DNA of 64,000 nt from Chiloscyllium plagiosum (GCF_004010195.1 NC_057719.1:80577868-80641867), one strand, 5' to 3'. Shown: positions 25,421 to 39,174, counted from the stretch's first letter. Notes: a model not told the origin generated them from the letters alone. Program-made: numbers and translations.

Positions 25421-26866
25421 TCATTATGTGGCACACGTGATGAAAAATGATGCTTTCTGTCGGACTGTGTTCTTGTTGTTTGTTTGCCCTTTCATTCTTT
25501 CATGGGATGTTGGTGTCACAAGCAATGCTGGCATTTGTTGTTCCCCACCCAACCATGAACTGAGTGGCTGTTTACATCATTTCAGAAGAGTCATACAGGA
25601 TGGAAGCAGAGCCTCTGGTCCAACTCGATCAGGCCCATATCCCTCTTAATATTTCCTATTCATATACCTGTCCAAGTGTCGTCTTAAATACTGTAACTGT
25701 TCCTGCGTCTACACCTTCCTCTGGCACTTCATTCCGCATACGAACCACCCTCTGTGTGACAAAGTTGCCCCCCTGGGTCCCTGTCTCCTCTCACACTGAA
25801 ATTATGCCCTCCAGTTTTGAACTCCTCACATGGAACAAATTCAGTTGGCTGAAGATTGGCATCTGAAAATTGCTGTGAATGCTTCAGCCTTATCTTTTGT
25901 CCTGATGTGTTGGTCTCTTCCATCATTGAGGATGGGGATATTTGTGGAGCCTCCACCACAGTTACATTGTTTAATTGTCCATCACCATTTGAGGTACCAC
26001 TGCATGTAGGCCAGATCAGGTAAGGATGGCAGATTTCCTTCCCTAAAGGACATTAGTGAATCAAATAGGCTTTTTATTCCCACAAGAACAATCAGTGATA
26101 GTTTCATGGTCACCTTAACTGAGACTAGTTTTCAATTCCAGTTTTTATTAGCTTGGATTTAAACTCCACGAGCTATGATGGTGGGGAATCATAGTGAGCA
26201 TTAGCATTAGTGAGAGTCTGGAGATTACTATCCAGTGACATTAACGCTGCCACAATCTCCTGTTGCAGAAATGCTTCCTCTAGAATGTGCTGTTCCTTTT
26301 ACTACAGGACAAAGAGTATTCATTTATTATGAACTATTGCATTTTTGCTAACTGCAAACTGCATCCCCATATTACCCCCATCCCTTCACGCCCCTTAGGC
26401 TCTCAAAGAATTAAATTTAATACATTCATGGAGTGCAGCATATACATTATTAATGTCAGTCAGTGCTCCTTACAAGGTGCAATGTCCATGAAGGGCTAAT
26501 TTACTGACTGCAAGCCACACACACACCAGGAAATGGGGAGCTCAGGGCAGTCATCAAATGTTGTTATTGCAACCTACGCACTGTGTACCAACAGTTAACC
26601 TGCTCATCACAGCGTGTGCTGTGCTAATTATGCAGAGCGCAGTTAGTCTCCAGCAACTGCCGTTTAGTGCAAGTGGTTGCTTTCCACCTCGAAGTAAACT
26701 TTCAGTAGTGAGCTGTCACACGTACACGTTTCTGTGAAACACCCAGATTAATTGTGGGCACCCACCTTTGTTGAGGGTAGGGAGGAGTGCTCTGCTGGCA
26801 CTGGCTGGCACACAGCAATCCTGGGTGGCTCATTGGCTGGGAAGACGTACAAATTCTCTGATACAC

Positions 26867-27312
26867 AAGGGGGAGGCAGTGGCCTAGCAGTATTATCGCT
26901 GGTCTGTTAATCCATTGACCCAGATAATGTTTTGGGAACCCGGGTTTCAATCCCACCGCGGCAGATGGTGGAATTTGAACTCAATAAGTATCTGGAAATA
27001 AGAGTCTAATGATGACTGTGAATCAATTGTTGGAAAAACCCATCTAGTTCGCTAATGTCCTTTTGGGAAGGAAGCTGTCATCCTTATCTGGTCTGAAGAA
27101 GGGCCTGTGCCCGAAACGTCGAATCTCCTGTTCCCTGGATGCTGCCTGACCTGCTGTGCTGTTCCAGCAATAAAGTTTCAACCTATCTGGTCTGGCTTAC
27201 CAGACTCACGGAAATGTGGTCAACTCTTAACTGCCCTCTGGGCAATTAGGAATGGGCAATAAATGCTGGTCTTGCCAGTGATGCCCTTAACCCATGAATG
27301 AATAGCTAAAAT
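26867..27312 (+). mobile_element. tRNA-derived SINE, family 2, full length, carrying a Penelope-type insertion
   Basis: A box tggcctagcag, B box gggtttcaatccc, LINE-derived tail. Confidence 0.85.
27093..27183 (+). mobile_element. Penelope-like short insertion (family B) beginning at a hammerhead core
   Basis: 11-bp TSD tatctggtctg (27085-27095, 27184-27194); core ctgaaga-a-gggc-ctgt-gccc-gaaac-gtc at 27093-27120. Confidence 0.8.
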
Positions 27313-27495
27313 AAAAATGCAAGAAATCCAGCTTAAAAAAAATCCAGAGGAATCTTTTACGTATACTAAATGTGAAGATAGATATACTCTTGATCGACAG
27401 TGGGATTCAGGGTTCCAGGGAAAAAGCAGGAACAGACACGAGGAATGTCAGATCAGCTGTGAACCTATTGAATGATTGAGCAGGCTCAAATCGTT

Positions 27496-27759
27496 GAATC
27501 CCTACAGTGCGGAAAGAGGCTGTTTGGCCCATCGAATCCACACTGACCCTCCAAAGAGCACTCCACCCGAACCCAGTCCCTGCATTTCCCATGGCCAATC
27601 GATACAACGTGCACATCTTTGGACTTTGGGAGGAAGCTGGAGTACTTGGAGGAGACGCACATGCACTCAGGGAGAATGTGCAAACTCCACATAGACAGTC
27701 ATCTGGCTCCCTGGCGCTGTGAGGCAGCAGTGCTAACCACTGAGCCACCATACTGCCCC
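27496..27759 (-). mobile_element. HE1-like V-SINE
   Basis: Reverse complement of HE1 with a small deletion in the B box. Confidence 0.85.
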
Positions 27760-28704
27760 ACCCATGGCTCAAGGGGCCAAATAGTCTACTCCTGTTCCTA
27801 TTTCTTATTTTTCTTAAATCACAAGTTGTGGGCGTCTCTGGCTAGGCCAGCACTTATTGCTGGTGTTTCCACAGAACGTAGATTGGATGTGACAGCTTTG
27901 CTGAACGCCTCCGTTTACCTGACTACCTGCCAGTTTAGCTCCTGACCTTGCTCCCGAGTTGGCCTCTCTACCTTTGACCTCCTGCAGTGTTTCAACAAAG
28001 TTCGAGCAACAACAACTCATCTTTTGATTTGAAACCTTGAAGCCTTCTGGTCTCGATATTGGGTCTAACAATCACAGCTGGTAATTTCCATCTCCATTTT
28101 GCTTCTTTTTGTTTTAAAAGCTTTGCAGGCCTTCTTCAGTACTTCTGCTTTTGCTTCCAGACAATGGCTATTTGCCATTCACACCACCTCTATCATCATT
28201 TGAACCTTTTCCATTGCTGTTCATCTGGCCCTGCACCAACATGACTTTTGTCATTTAACCTCTCCTGCCTTCCATCCTCTTGTGTTCTTTTCCCCACCTT
28301 CCCACTTGTCCAAAACCTAACGCATCTCTAATTCTTCCCGATGAAAGGTCATCAGTCTGATTCTCCCTTTGTAGACGCTGCCTGCCCCACGATTTCCTCA
28401 AGTTTCTGCTCTGATTTCAGGTTTCTAGCATCTGCAGTGTTCAGCTTTTGTGGAGAGGATCGGTGTTGACCAGAGAAATACATTCAATTTTGGCTTGACT
28501 TTTACATGTGCCCGGCAGCACCAGTGTGTTGGGGGGTGATGTTAATATGCCCGCTTGTGGAAAATAGGATGGGACGCTGGACAGTGGCCCGAGCGGCCAC
28601 GGTAAGTAACACTTTCAATTCCCCAAGAGGCTGAGAGGAACCCCCAATCACTGAGCCCTGTCCCTATCCTCATCTCCGTTCCTTCACATGGGGCTGGTTT
28701 TAGG

Positions 28705-29370
28705 TAAGGACTCTCACCAACTTTTGTAGATGCACCATTGAAAACATTCTGTCTGGGTGCATCACTACTGGGTACGGCAAATTGCTCTGCCCAGAACCGT
28801 AGGAAACTACAGAGAGTTGTGAACACGGCCCAGTCCATCACACAAGCCAGCCTTCCATCCATTGACTAGGAGAAAGTGAGGACTGCAGATGCTGGAGCTC
28901 GGGGTCAAGAGCTGGAAAAGCGCAGCAGGTCAGGCAGCAACCTCGTTCCTGATGAAGGGACTTTTGCCCGAAATGTCAATTTTCTTGCTCCTCAGATGCT
29001 GTCTGACCTGCTGTGCTTTTCCAGCACCACACTCTCGACTTCCCATCCGTTGACTCCAGCTACACTGCTCGCTGCCTCAGGAAGGACCTTTCATCATCAA
29101 AGGCCTCACCCACCCTGGTTATCATCTCCACAGTCAGGCAGAAGCTTAAACACAAGTACCAACAGGTTCTTCCCTGCTGTTTTTAGACTTCTGAGTGGAC
29201 CTCTCAAATTTCAAATCTAACATTGGTCTCCCTTTTTGTGCATCGTCTTTGCAGCTGTAACTTTGTATTCCTTACTCTGTGATCTTTGTACGGTATGATC
29301 TGCCTGTACTACACACAAAACAAAACCTTTCTCTGCACCTAGGTACGTGTGCGAACAATAAATCAAAGTC
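28705..29370 (+). mobile_element. Rex1/Babar-like LINE 3' fragment
   Basis: LTNFCRCTIENILSGCITT...RKLQRVVNTAQSIT motif; tail ending aacaataaatcaaa; interrupted at 28868-29042. Confidence 0.7.
28868..29042. mobile_element. Penelope-like short insertion (family B), inverted pair
   Basis: 13-bp TSD ccatcc(a/g)ttgact (28855-28867, 29043-29055); decayed core ctgatga-a-gggac-tttt-gccc-gaaat-gtc from 28949. Confidence 0.75.
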
Positions 29371-29924
29371 AGGTTTTAAAATGAGGTCGATCCATTCAAA
29401 ATTACCGCCATTGCAAGCTTTTAGACTTGCTGGGGTGACATGCCCTCTCGACCCTCCTGTGTGCCCACCGCAGCGGCTCAGGAACAAGTTTGAATTGACC
29501 TGCAGTGTCAGCGTCAACTTGGTTCAGGTCAGTCCCTCGAGCGATCCAGCCCCTCAGGCATGCTCTGCTGTACAGTGAGCTAATATGGGCCTGTTCTCTG
29601 TTCACTTGCCTTATGCCTTAATAATCTGACCCAAAAAAATGGACCACTTTCAGGCTTGGCGTATTCAGTTGACATCGCTGCCGTTTGCTGGCATCTGCTC
29701 TTTACATTTCTCCTTTGCTACGTTCCATGCAAGCAGTTCTGCAGAACAAAGCTCGCTCCAGGCAAACAGAATAAGGAACGACAATTATTCCTGCATCAGA
29801 CCCTAGCTACTCTCTTGGTAGTCGATGCATATTCCAGTTAATTAAATAGAATGCCTTGGAGCTAAGCCTGTCCTTTCATTGCAGCTCCAGGTGGAATCTT
29901 CTGGATGCTGACATTTTTTTGTTG

Positions 29925-30236
29925 TTATTTATTCATGGGTTGCAGATTATGGTTTATTGGTTCACTGGCTTATTTACTGCTCATATCCAATAGAGTTGAG
30001 GGCGTTTAAAAGTCAGTCACATTGCTGTGAGATGGAGGCCGGACCCAGGGAAGAAAGGCAGATTCCCTTCCCTAAAGGACATGAGTGAACCGGATGGGTT
30101 ATCATGACGAATGGTGGCTTTTTAAAAGTTAATTCAAACATCACCATCTGCCTTGGTGGGATTTGAACCCAAGCCCCTACGACGTTATCCTGGAATACTA
30201 ACCCAGAGGCATTACCACTGTACCACTGCCTCCCCC
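29925..30236 (-). mobile_element. tRNA-derived SINE, family 2 (diverged)
   Basis: ttcccttccctaaaggacat...caccatctgccttggtgggatttgaaccc...accactgcctcccc. Confidence 0.7.
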
Positions 30237-31732
30237 AATTTGCAAGCTTTTGTTTTGGATTTTGACCGTGAGTTAGGTTTCAACCACAGCCATCCAGGAA
30301 GCTTGGCGATCAAGAGCATGCCTCTGAGATCGCTATCCAATTGGCGATGGTGGGTGGACTGAGAGGGATGGCAGGAGGAGAGCCAATCTGCAATGTGAGG
30401 GGCAACTGGCAGCAGCGAGTGTGTCTGGGAGATGAGAGGGAACCATGGTAAACGGGAAATAAGGCTGATGATGCTAAACCGGAGCACTGACCCTGACAGC
30501 AGTCTCCATGGCAACTGGCCTGTGCCCCTGGACAATCACTTTCAAGCCTGTGCCCCTGGACCTTCCGTTTTCACCATGGACTGGTCATGGACACTGCAGT
30601 TGTGGGGAGGGAGGAAGTCCTGTTCACCTGGAGAATGGTGAAACATGTCTGATAATTGCCTCTCATAAAGACAGTTCCTTTTTACTTGATGCTTTTTAAT
30701 CGTGTGGAGCGAAGTGGGAGACAAGTGTTTTGGAACCCAGGGATTTACAAAGGTGGCTGCGCGTTTTGAAAGCAAGGGATTTGATATCTATTGTGAACCC
30801 TTTTTTTGTGTAGCTGTTGAGTTCAGTATGCAGATGAACTGGAACCAAGGGGTTGTTTACAACTGAAACTGTTGACTAGGGACCAATTAATAATGACAGA
30901 AGTACTCTACCTGCCAACAACCATGTGTTTGGTTGCCCTGTAGCTGACAAAGTCAGGCTGTGAAAAAAGACTGAGTGAAGCTTTGATAGCCCCAAAGAGA
31001 AACCAGCAGTTCTACAGCAGCCCCTCTCTCTCTCTACCTCTCTCTCTCTGTCTCTTCTCTGCAGTAAGCTACTCTGAAGCTGAAGAAAACCAGCTTATCT
31101 GATTTCCAGCACACTACCACAGTGAGTCTTGATAATGGGCTCCTGATAATGCATAAAGCCTCACACTAAAACATTCGGAGATGGGAACTCATCGGCAAAG
31201 TGGTCCGCACAGACCTTCAGATATCTGCTACTCCTGCCTCTTTAACCCAACCCGAACAGGCCGGAAAAGATCCCCCTCCTCCCCTGGCCCAGTAACAGGT
31301 AGGTCCGCTAAGGCCCTTCCATCAAGCCTGCTGCAGCCCTGATGAAGCGTTTCAGCCTGAAACATTGATTTTCCTGCTTCTTGGAAGCTGCCCAACCCTC
31401 TGTGCTTCTCTAGCCTCACATCTACTGCTGAAGCCTGCTAAACCATTCAGTTAGATTATGGCCGATTTGTATCTAAATACTGTCTTTGTCCCTTGCTTCC
31501 ATTGCCCTTAATATCTTTAGTTATTAACAATCTAATTAAACTCAGCTTGGAATTTTTCAATTGATGCTTAGCCTCGATAGATTTCGAGAGCGGTGTTTTC
31601 CAGGATTTCACTAAGTCTTTCTGTGAACATCACTGCAGAGCCACATAGCTCCAGTTAGTGCTCTCTTGCCTGCAGTCTGTCACCAGAGACTAGAGTTCCT
31701 CTGTATCTATGCTACTAACTCCTTTAACATCG

Positions 31733-32552
31733 AGTCATGGAGTCATAAAGCATGGAAACAGAACCTTCGGTCCAGCCAGACCATAATCTCAAACTAAACT
31801 AATCTCGCCTGCCTGTACTTGGCCCATTTCCCTCCAAACCTTTCTTATTCATGCGCTTATCCAACTGTTTTTTAAATGTTGTAACTGTATCCATATCCAC
31901 CACTTCCTCTGGAAGCTCATACCGCACACAAACCACTCTCTTTAAAAAAAAAGTGACCCTCATGTCTTTTTTTAAATCTTTCTCCTCTCACCTTAAAAAT
32001 GTGTCCCGAGTCTTGAAATCCCCCACCCTTAGGGAAAAGACACCTGCTGTTCACCCATCTATGTTGTATAAACCTCTAGAAGGTCACCTCTCAACCTCCT
32101 ACGCTCCAGTGAAAAAGGTCCCAGTCCCTCTTTCTAACTCAAACCCTCCATTCCCAGCAACATCCTGGTAAATTCCGTGTGAACCCTCTCCAGCGTAATA
32201 ATTTCCTTCTTAGAACAGGACGGCCAGAACTGGACACAGTATTCCAGAAGAGGACACCAATGTTCTGTACGACCTCCACATGACTTCCCAATTCTCATAC
32301 TCAAAGGGCTAAGCAATGAAGGCAAGTGTGCTAAATGCTTTCATAACCACCCTGTCTACATGTGATGCAAACTTCAAAGAATTACGTACCTGAACTCTTA
32401 TGGCTCTCTGTTCTACAACACTACCAAGGCCCTACTTTTAATTGTGTAAGTTCTGCCCTTGTTTGTTTTACCAAAAGGCATAACCTTGCATTTATACAAA
32501 TTTTCAACTCCATCTGCCACTCTTCAGCCCATTGACCCAGTTGATCAAGATT
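31733..32552 (-). mobile_element. CR1 LINE 3' fragment
   Basis: Minus-strand LDQLGQWAEEWQME, PLLEYCVQFW and (tgactc)n tail. Confidence 0.88.
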
Positions 32553-33023
32553 GAATGAGTTAAACTTAAATATCTTAACATCGTAAACTGTGTCATTTGA
32601 CATCCCTTAAACAAGGAAATACAAGCCTAGTTTATGTAACCTGTCCTTATGATGTAGCCCTTTTTGCCCACATGGTATCCTGGAAGTGTGTACTTGCACC
32701 CCCTCGAAACCGGATACATTTTTCTTATGTTTTTCCAACACTACGACTCAGTTACAATCTTAGAAGCACATTCCCCACTGCAGCAATGGAGCACAGTTTC
32801 TCCCATGTCTCTCACTTGCTATCCGGTGTAGACTCAAACCCACACAGCATGAGATTGAGGCAGTCCAAACCCAATGATCAACAGATGTAGAAAGCCTCCA
32901 ACCAGTCAGTCTGAGCATCCAGATACAATAGATGGAAGGTCAACCCCCTGGAGTACAGTTTCTCCCCAAGAGGGTTGCATTGTACAAACGTAACTCATCC
33001 TATTGTCGAATGACCTTTCTTTA

Positions 33024-33371
33024 AATCATTCATTCACAGAATGTGGGCGTTTCCGGCCAGGCCAGCATTTATTGCCCATCCCTAATGGGCAGTTAAGAGT
33101 CAGTCACATTTCTTTGTGGTCTGGAGTCACATTATCAGCCAGACCAAGTAGGGATGGCAGTTTCCTTCCCTAAAGAACATTAAGGAATCAGATGGGTTTT
33201 CCTGACAATCAACAATAGATTCATAGTCGTCAATAAACTCTTAATTCCCAATTTTTATTGAATTCAAACTCCTTTATCTGCCACGGTGGGATTTGAACCT
33301 GGGTCCCCAGAACATTACCTGAGGTCTCTGGTAATGTCCAGTGATAACACCACCCGGCCATTGCCACCTCT
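33024..33371 (-). mobile_element. tRNA-derived SINE, family 2
   Basis: Reverse complement of 26867-27312 without the insertion. Confidence 0.85.
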
Positions 33372-36300
33372 TTGTTGAACTATATCTCCTCAAAATCCAC
33401 CGCTCGTAGAGGTGACTGCGTGCCGTTGGGGACTGATTAAACCAAATATTGGAAGAGGGTATGCAAAAAATGCAACACCAAGATATCCCTGACTGATTTT
33501 CAAACTTTCTGTGCAGCAGGTTACTCAATCTCAATGGGAGTTTTAACGGGGGATGTTAGTTTGCTAGCTGAAAAAAAAATCAAATAGACAACAGAATCAA
33601 AGCAGGCCACTTTACTTCCTACACAAGGAAGTATGGCATCTCGACCAAATGTCCCCGGATCCTACTCAAATGTCTTTGTATTAATGTGTCCCTTTGTCTT
33701 GAGAAACAAGTCTGGTTCAATAGCTTAACGGAATTAAACTATCAGAAAAGGACTGCAGGGATAGTGCCATTAGGCAGTCACTAATCATCAGTTAAAGCAG
33801 AACTTAGCTCCTACAGGTTGCAGATCTGTAAGATTCTGTTATTAATGAGGCCTACGTGAAGGTATTATAGGACCAACGTTGGCTTTCTTTGTGCCTTCAT
33901 AACAGCACAGAGCCTCTTGCTTTGAAAACAGTATAGAGAATCTGGGAGTGTTCTCTTCAGAATGAGAAGGTTCTTTAGAGATGTTCAGAAATATGAGGCT
34001 TTGATAGGGTAGACAGGGAGAAACTATGGTCAAAATTAGAGTGGTGCTGGAAAAGCACAGCAGGTCAGGCAGAATCTTTTGGATCTACTCCTGGAGGTTT
34101 CAATACATGATCTCCTTTTGCTAACAACTCTGCTCTCGCACTTCATCACTGATCAATCAAACATACCCATCTGCCAAAGCCATGCTTCCTATGCTTATCA
34201 GAGAGTGGGAAAACTTTTTTTTTAATCCAATTAGATGCCTCTGGACTGGGAGTCAGACAATCCAATTTCCAGAGGATGTGCATATTTTCAAAGTGAGGTG
34301 TGAGATATGTTACTCCAAGCACTGTGGCTGGCAGGGTGAGGGGGTGATGTTTTCAGTTGCAGATCCAGCACTACAGAATCTCCACTGTCCTAACCTGGGT
34401 TTTCACTTCCGGGCCAGCCGAGCAAAGACAGGAGGATTCCTGGCTTCAGGAATATGAGCCTTCAAATTGTCATTGGATTTGCAGGCTGGATTAGAATTTG
34501 GGGTGGGGTGACCCTGGCAGAATTGAAGGGACAGCCAGATGCAGAGGCAGATTCGCCTGCCTCAGGGATGTGGCAGTACATCCAAAGTTGAAAGAATAAA
34601 TTTGAATTTTCTCTCCAGCCCTCACTTGCCTTCATGTTCCCCACGCACCATTCGTTCCTAACTTAGGCCACCTCATGTCATCAACCATATGATCCCCCAC
34701 AGCTCCTCATGGTCTGTAAGTCATCCTGTATTGTGGCTTCACCAGGCTGATGCCTCAGTTTTATCTATGCCTGTTGTGGGCTTTTAGTATGCCATCCTGC
34801 ATCCTTCATTGAACCAGAGTTGATCACTCTGTGATATTGGTAGAGTGTGGGATCCACTGGATCATGCAGTTACTAATTTTGGTTGAATACTATTCTGCTG
34901 CTGTGATGGCCCATAGCATCTTACAGATGATCGGCTTTGAGGTTCGACATTTGTTCGAAAGATCTCTCGTTTAACGTGGTGGTAGCATTACACAACACAG
35001 TGAAGGATCTCTTCATTGTGAGGAAAGAACTTTGTCTTCACAAGGCCTGTGAAGTGGTCACTACTACCAATACTGTCGTGGATTGTCATCTGTGATGGAT
35101 AAATGGATATGGATGAGGGCAAGTAGATTTTTCTGTCTTGGTTACCTCACCATTTAAAACAGACTCAGTCCAGCCGCTTTAGAACTTGGCCAGATCATCA
35201 GTAGTTGTGTGTCTGAGACATTCTTGATGATTAACATTGAAATCTCCCACCCAGAGTACCTTCTATCGTTACCTTGAGTCCTCTTTTTTTGGTGTTCAAC
35301 ATGAGGCATACTGATTCTTCCACTGCGAACGGATGGTACATGGCAATCAGCAGGACGGTTCCTTGTCCATGTTTGGCCTTATGCTGTGGAACTTCATGAT
35401 GTCCAAAGTAAATATTGAGGGCTCCCAGGACAGCTTCCTCCCAACTGTGTACCAGTGTGCCTGTACCTCCACTGGGACTGTCCTACCAATGGGACAGAAC
35501 ATACCCAGAATGGCGGTGATGTCTGAAACTTTTTAAGGTACAACTCCGTAAGAAACACCAAGATAGGCTTGACTAGTCTGTGGGACAGCTCTCACTATTT
35601 CGGCAGCCCAGATATTGGTAACAATTGACAGGGCTGGCTTTGTTTCTGGTGCTTTGGTCGTTGCCAAGTGATCCATCCAATTTCATTGTTTCACTTAGGC
35701 GTCATAGCAGTTTGGTACTACTGTGTTACTTGCTATGCTACCCCAGAAAACATTGAAGAGCCAGCCACATTACAGTGGGTGTAGAGTCACGTGTAAGTCA
35801 GACTAGGTAAGGAAGGCAGATTTCCTTCCCTAATGGACACATGCGAATTAGATGGAATTTTATGACAATTTGCAGTGGTTGCTCTTAGATTAGCTTTAAT
35901 TTCAGATTTACGAAGTGTATTGAAGTTTCTTTAGTTGCTGACCATTACCTTTGTCCTCTGGTTTCCTAGTCTAGTGCCTGTCCTGTTAACAGCCAGGGAG
36001 AGACTCATTAAGACTGACTTTCACTTGAAATATCTGCTTGCACTCATTAAAGTAGCCTTTTGCACTTGTTTTGAAGTAAACAGGATGTTATTGAAGAGTT
36101 TAAGTACCTCTCCTAGCATGCTCTCCATTTCACCTTCACCCGCTTTGAGAGAAGTGCAGAGGATGTCTGAAGGAAATCAGGCAATTTATTTAGTCAGTCT
36201 TCACCATAACGTTTATTCCACAAATTCTCTCAGGATTTTGCCAAAAACAAATGTCACGGGTGTGCTGCTGCTGCTGTTTATCAGAATCAGCGGGAGATGG

Positions 36301-36700
36301 TGATCTCGAGTATCTAGCTCCAGCCTCCTTTTGGTTCAGGTGAGAAATGGGAGGAGGACATGAGGTCAGGCAGTGCAGCACTAGCTGGGGCAGTACAGGG
36401 GCATTCTTCCTCCTTAATCCAAATGCAGACTGCAAGACTATAAAGAGGAGGCAAGGGCCTAGTGGTATTATCGCTGTACTGTTACCCCAGAGATCCAGGT
36501 AATGTTCTGGGAACCTGGGTTCGAGCCCTAATATGGCAGATGGTGGAATTTGAATTCAATAAAAATCTGGAATTAAGAGTCTAATGATTACCATGAATCC
36601 AAGTCAATTATTGGGAAATTAACCCAAGTGGGTCACTAAAGTCCTTCTTTAAGAAAGGAAACTGCCATTCTTTCTTGTCTGTCCTACATATGACTCCAGA

Positions 36701-36798
36701 GCTGAAAATGTGTTGCTGGAAAAGCGCAGCAGGTCAGGCAGCATCCAAGGAGTGGGAGCATCGACGTTTCGGGCATGAGCCTTTCTTCAGGAATGCTG
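36701..36798 (-). mobile_element. Penelope-like short insertion (family B) with hammerhead motif
   Basis: Perfect 10-bp TSD tgactccaga (36691-36700, 36799-36808); minus strand gcattc-ctgaaga-a-aggc-tcat-gccc-gaaac-gtc-gatgc. Confidence 0.8.
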
Positions 36799-36822
36799 TG
36801 ACTCCAGACCCACAACAATGTG

Positions 36823-37018
36823 AAAAATCACACAACAGGTTACAGTCCAACAGGTTTAATTAGAAGCACTAGCTTTCGGAGCGCTGTTCCTTCATCAGGT
36901 GGTTGTGAGCGGCACTCCGAAAGCTAGTGCTTCCAATTAAACCTGTTGGACTATAACCTGGTGTTGTGTGATTTTTAACTTTGTACATCCCAGTCCAACA
37001 CCGGCATCTCTGAATCAT
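36823..37018. mobile_element. Penelope-like short insertion (family C), inverted pair, with hammerhead motif
   Basis: 12-bp TSD cacaaca(a/g)tgtg (36811-36822, 37019-37030); minus strand of 36867-36901 reads cac-ctgatga-a-ggaac-agc-gctcc-gaaagcta-gtg. Confidence 0.8.
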
Positions 37019-37721
37019 CACAACAGTGTGGTTAGCTCTTAACCTACCCTCTGAGCAATTAGGGAGCGACAATAAATGACACGTTCATCCCATGAACGGG
37101 AGGAGGTGAAAGAACAAGTGTTGCATCTGCTCCATTCTAGCAGAGTGGTGCCAGTGGGAAGGGAATTCTGGGAATAGTTGATTGTATCAGGTTGTTGTGA
37201 TAAGAATTGTCCTTTAAAAATGCTGGAAGGGAAAGAGGGAGGAAGGTGTGCCAGAAGGAGAGCATTAGCCTGTGGAAATTCTGTCCTCATCTCCAACAGT
37301 TGGTTGAGGATCTTAGATGTTTCTATCACCCCCCAACCAAGGACATTGAGATTAATTATTGTACCCCACCTTCACTTACTCCTTACCGTTGCTGTCATCA
37401 GTGAGATTGAACACAGACTAGGCATGGACATTGTAGAGCATGGTTCACCATCATAAGAGTGTACATGTAACCAATGCAATGAGATTAAAAGTGCAGAATG
37501 AGAAAAACTTAAAAGATTGGATTCTATGATTCAACATGGAAGATGTCAGTCAATGCAATTTCTGGTTAACTGGATTTCTTTGTGTTCTGCACATGCAGCA
37601 ACTCCAGAAGAAGGCAGTGGAGATAACCAGCCTGATTATAATGTAAATGGAGGATGTATAGGGCCTTTTGGGATGGATGAAGTAAGCTGGAAGAATATGT
37701 AATCCTTTTCAATGGAGGATT

Positions 37722-39174
37722 ATGAGCTCTGTGAGAAATGGGGTTGGGGTGGAGAGAGAAAAGAGAGAGAGAGGAGTTAGTGTTGAAAGATTGTACTGGG
37801 ACGCCTATTTAAGTGAACTTATTTGGACCTCACACAGTTTATTGTGAGATAAATGCTACCATTTCTATCTTGTATTCTCAGATCCTGATCTCTAATGACC
37901 TATTTATCGTGTTCAAATTTGTTTTGCAATGTCTGTAAGGAGCTGTGCTGGGGTTCCTCAGAGAGGAATGTGTTTAGTTTAAAGCTGCCATTCACTGTCA
38001 CTGGCTTTAGAATTAGAAAGATACAGGCAAAAGTGATCAAATACAGTATGATACAGCATGCGTGCTAATAAGAACGGGATGATGTACTTTGGTCTGACAG
38101 CCAAATCTCATTGGGAAATCTCATGGTTAAGGGAAATCACATTCCGATTAGCAATTAAAGAAGATTTCTGGCGGGTAACATATGAAAATGTTATATTGAA
38201 GGCCGTGAGTCTGGTGTGCTGAATGCTATGTATGTTGCTTTTCTACCAGGCTAGTGAGGAAAATGCTCATAGTCTCGTAACAAGTGTTCATTCATCTTGA
38301 TCCACAAACATTATCCAGCACTGCATGACCAAACTGTCGAGAGCCCTGTAAATGGGTGACATCTTTGAAGGATATATCGAGTCTTTTCGGACAGATGAAG
38401 TGACACAACCTAAAGCTGTGGCTAATGATCAAGAACAGGTGGTCAAATGGTACCCCACCCACCCCCATCCCCCCGCTTTCCTCTCCTATTTCCAGGCCAG
38501 CTTCGTGGAGAACTGTTTCTGAGTAGTTTCTAGCCCATGGCTGTCACTCTGCTGCATTGAGAGGCAGGGGTAATATTGTTACCTGTCTTCCTGCCCCAAC
38601 TGAATGTGTTATCAGTCTCCCATTCTCCCTGATTGAGAAATCTGATTGCTCATATTTGCAGTGTTTGGGGAATGAATGATAGCCTTGCATTTCTGAACGG
38701 TGCATTGTTCTGCATTTCCTATCCCACCTCATTGGTGGATCCCAGCGCTACCACGTCAGATGTATAAGTGTCTTGGCCATCCTGTGTGTAACTTGCCCTG
38801 GACAGACCCTCAGACATCCTTTGAAATATTACCAGCTCCAAGCACCACAGGCTGCATGACAAAAGATTTAGATGTCCGTTCAAAGGCCAGGGACTTTTAA
38901 ATCTGTGTTTTATTTGTGAAAGCTGTAGAGTCGTAGTCATAGAGATGTACAGCATGGGAGCGGACCCTTCGGTCCAACTCGTCCATGCCGACCAGATCCT
39001 CTAAACCTTTCCTATTCATAAACTAGCCCTTTCAAAATTGTACACCGTTCTCTGCTGAACTAGCAGTACAGCAATCTACCATCGTGAGCATGAGCCAGTA
39101 CAATCTTTCAACACTAACTCATCTCTCTCTCTCTTTTCTCTCTCCACCCCAACCCCATTTCTCCCAGAGCTCAT
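37722..39174. repeat. Long-spacer inverted repeat (arms 37722-37799 and 39095-39174)
   Basis: Arms are reverse complements with one substitution and one 2-nt indel. Confidence 0.9.

Larger units (their letters stand above)
36446..37098 (+). mobile_element. tRNA-derived SINE, family 2, with two nested Penelope-type insertions
   Basis: A box ggcctagtgg, B box gggttcgagccc; the SINE is restored when 36701-36798 and 36823-37018 are removed. Confidence 0.85.

Noticed and set aside
28330..28450. Further hammerhead candidates (also near 540, 19470-19565, 24680-24755, 31340)
   Set aside because: Related Penelope-type tails, but the cores are too decayed to call ribozymes.
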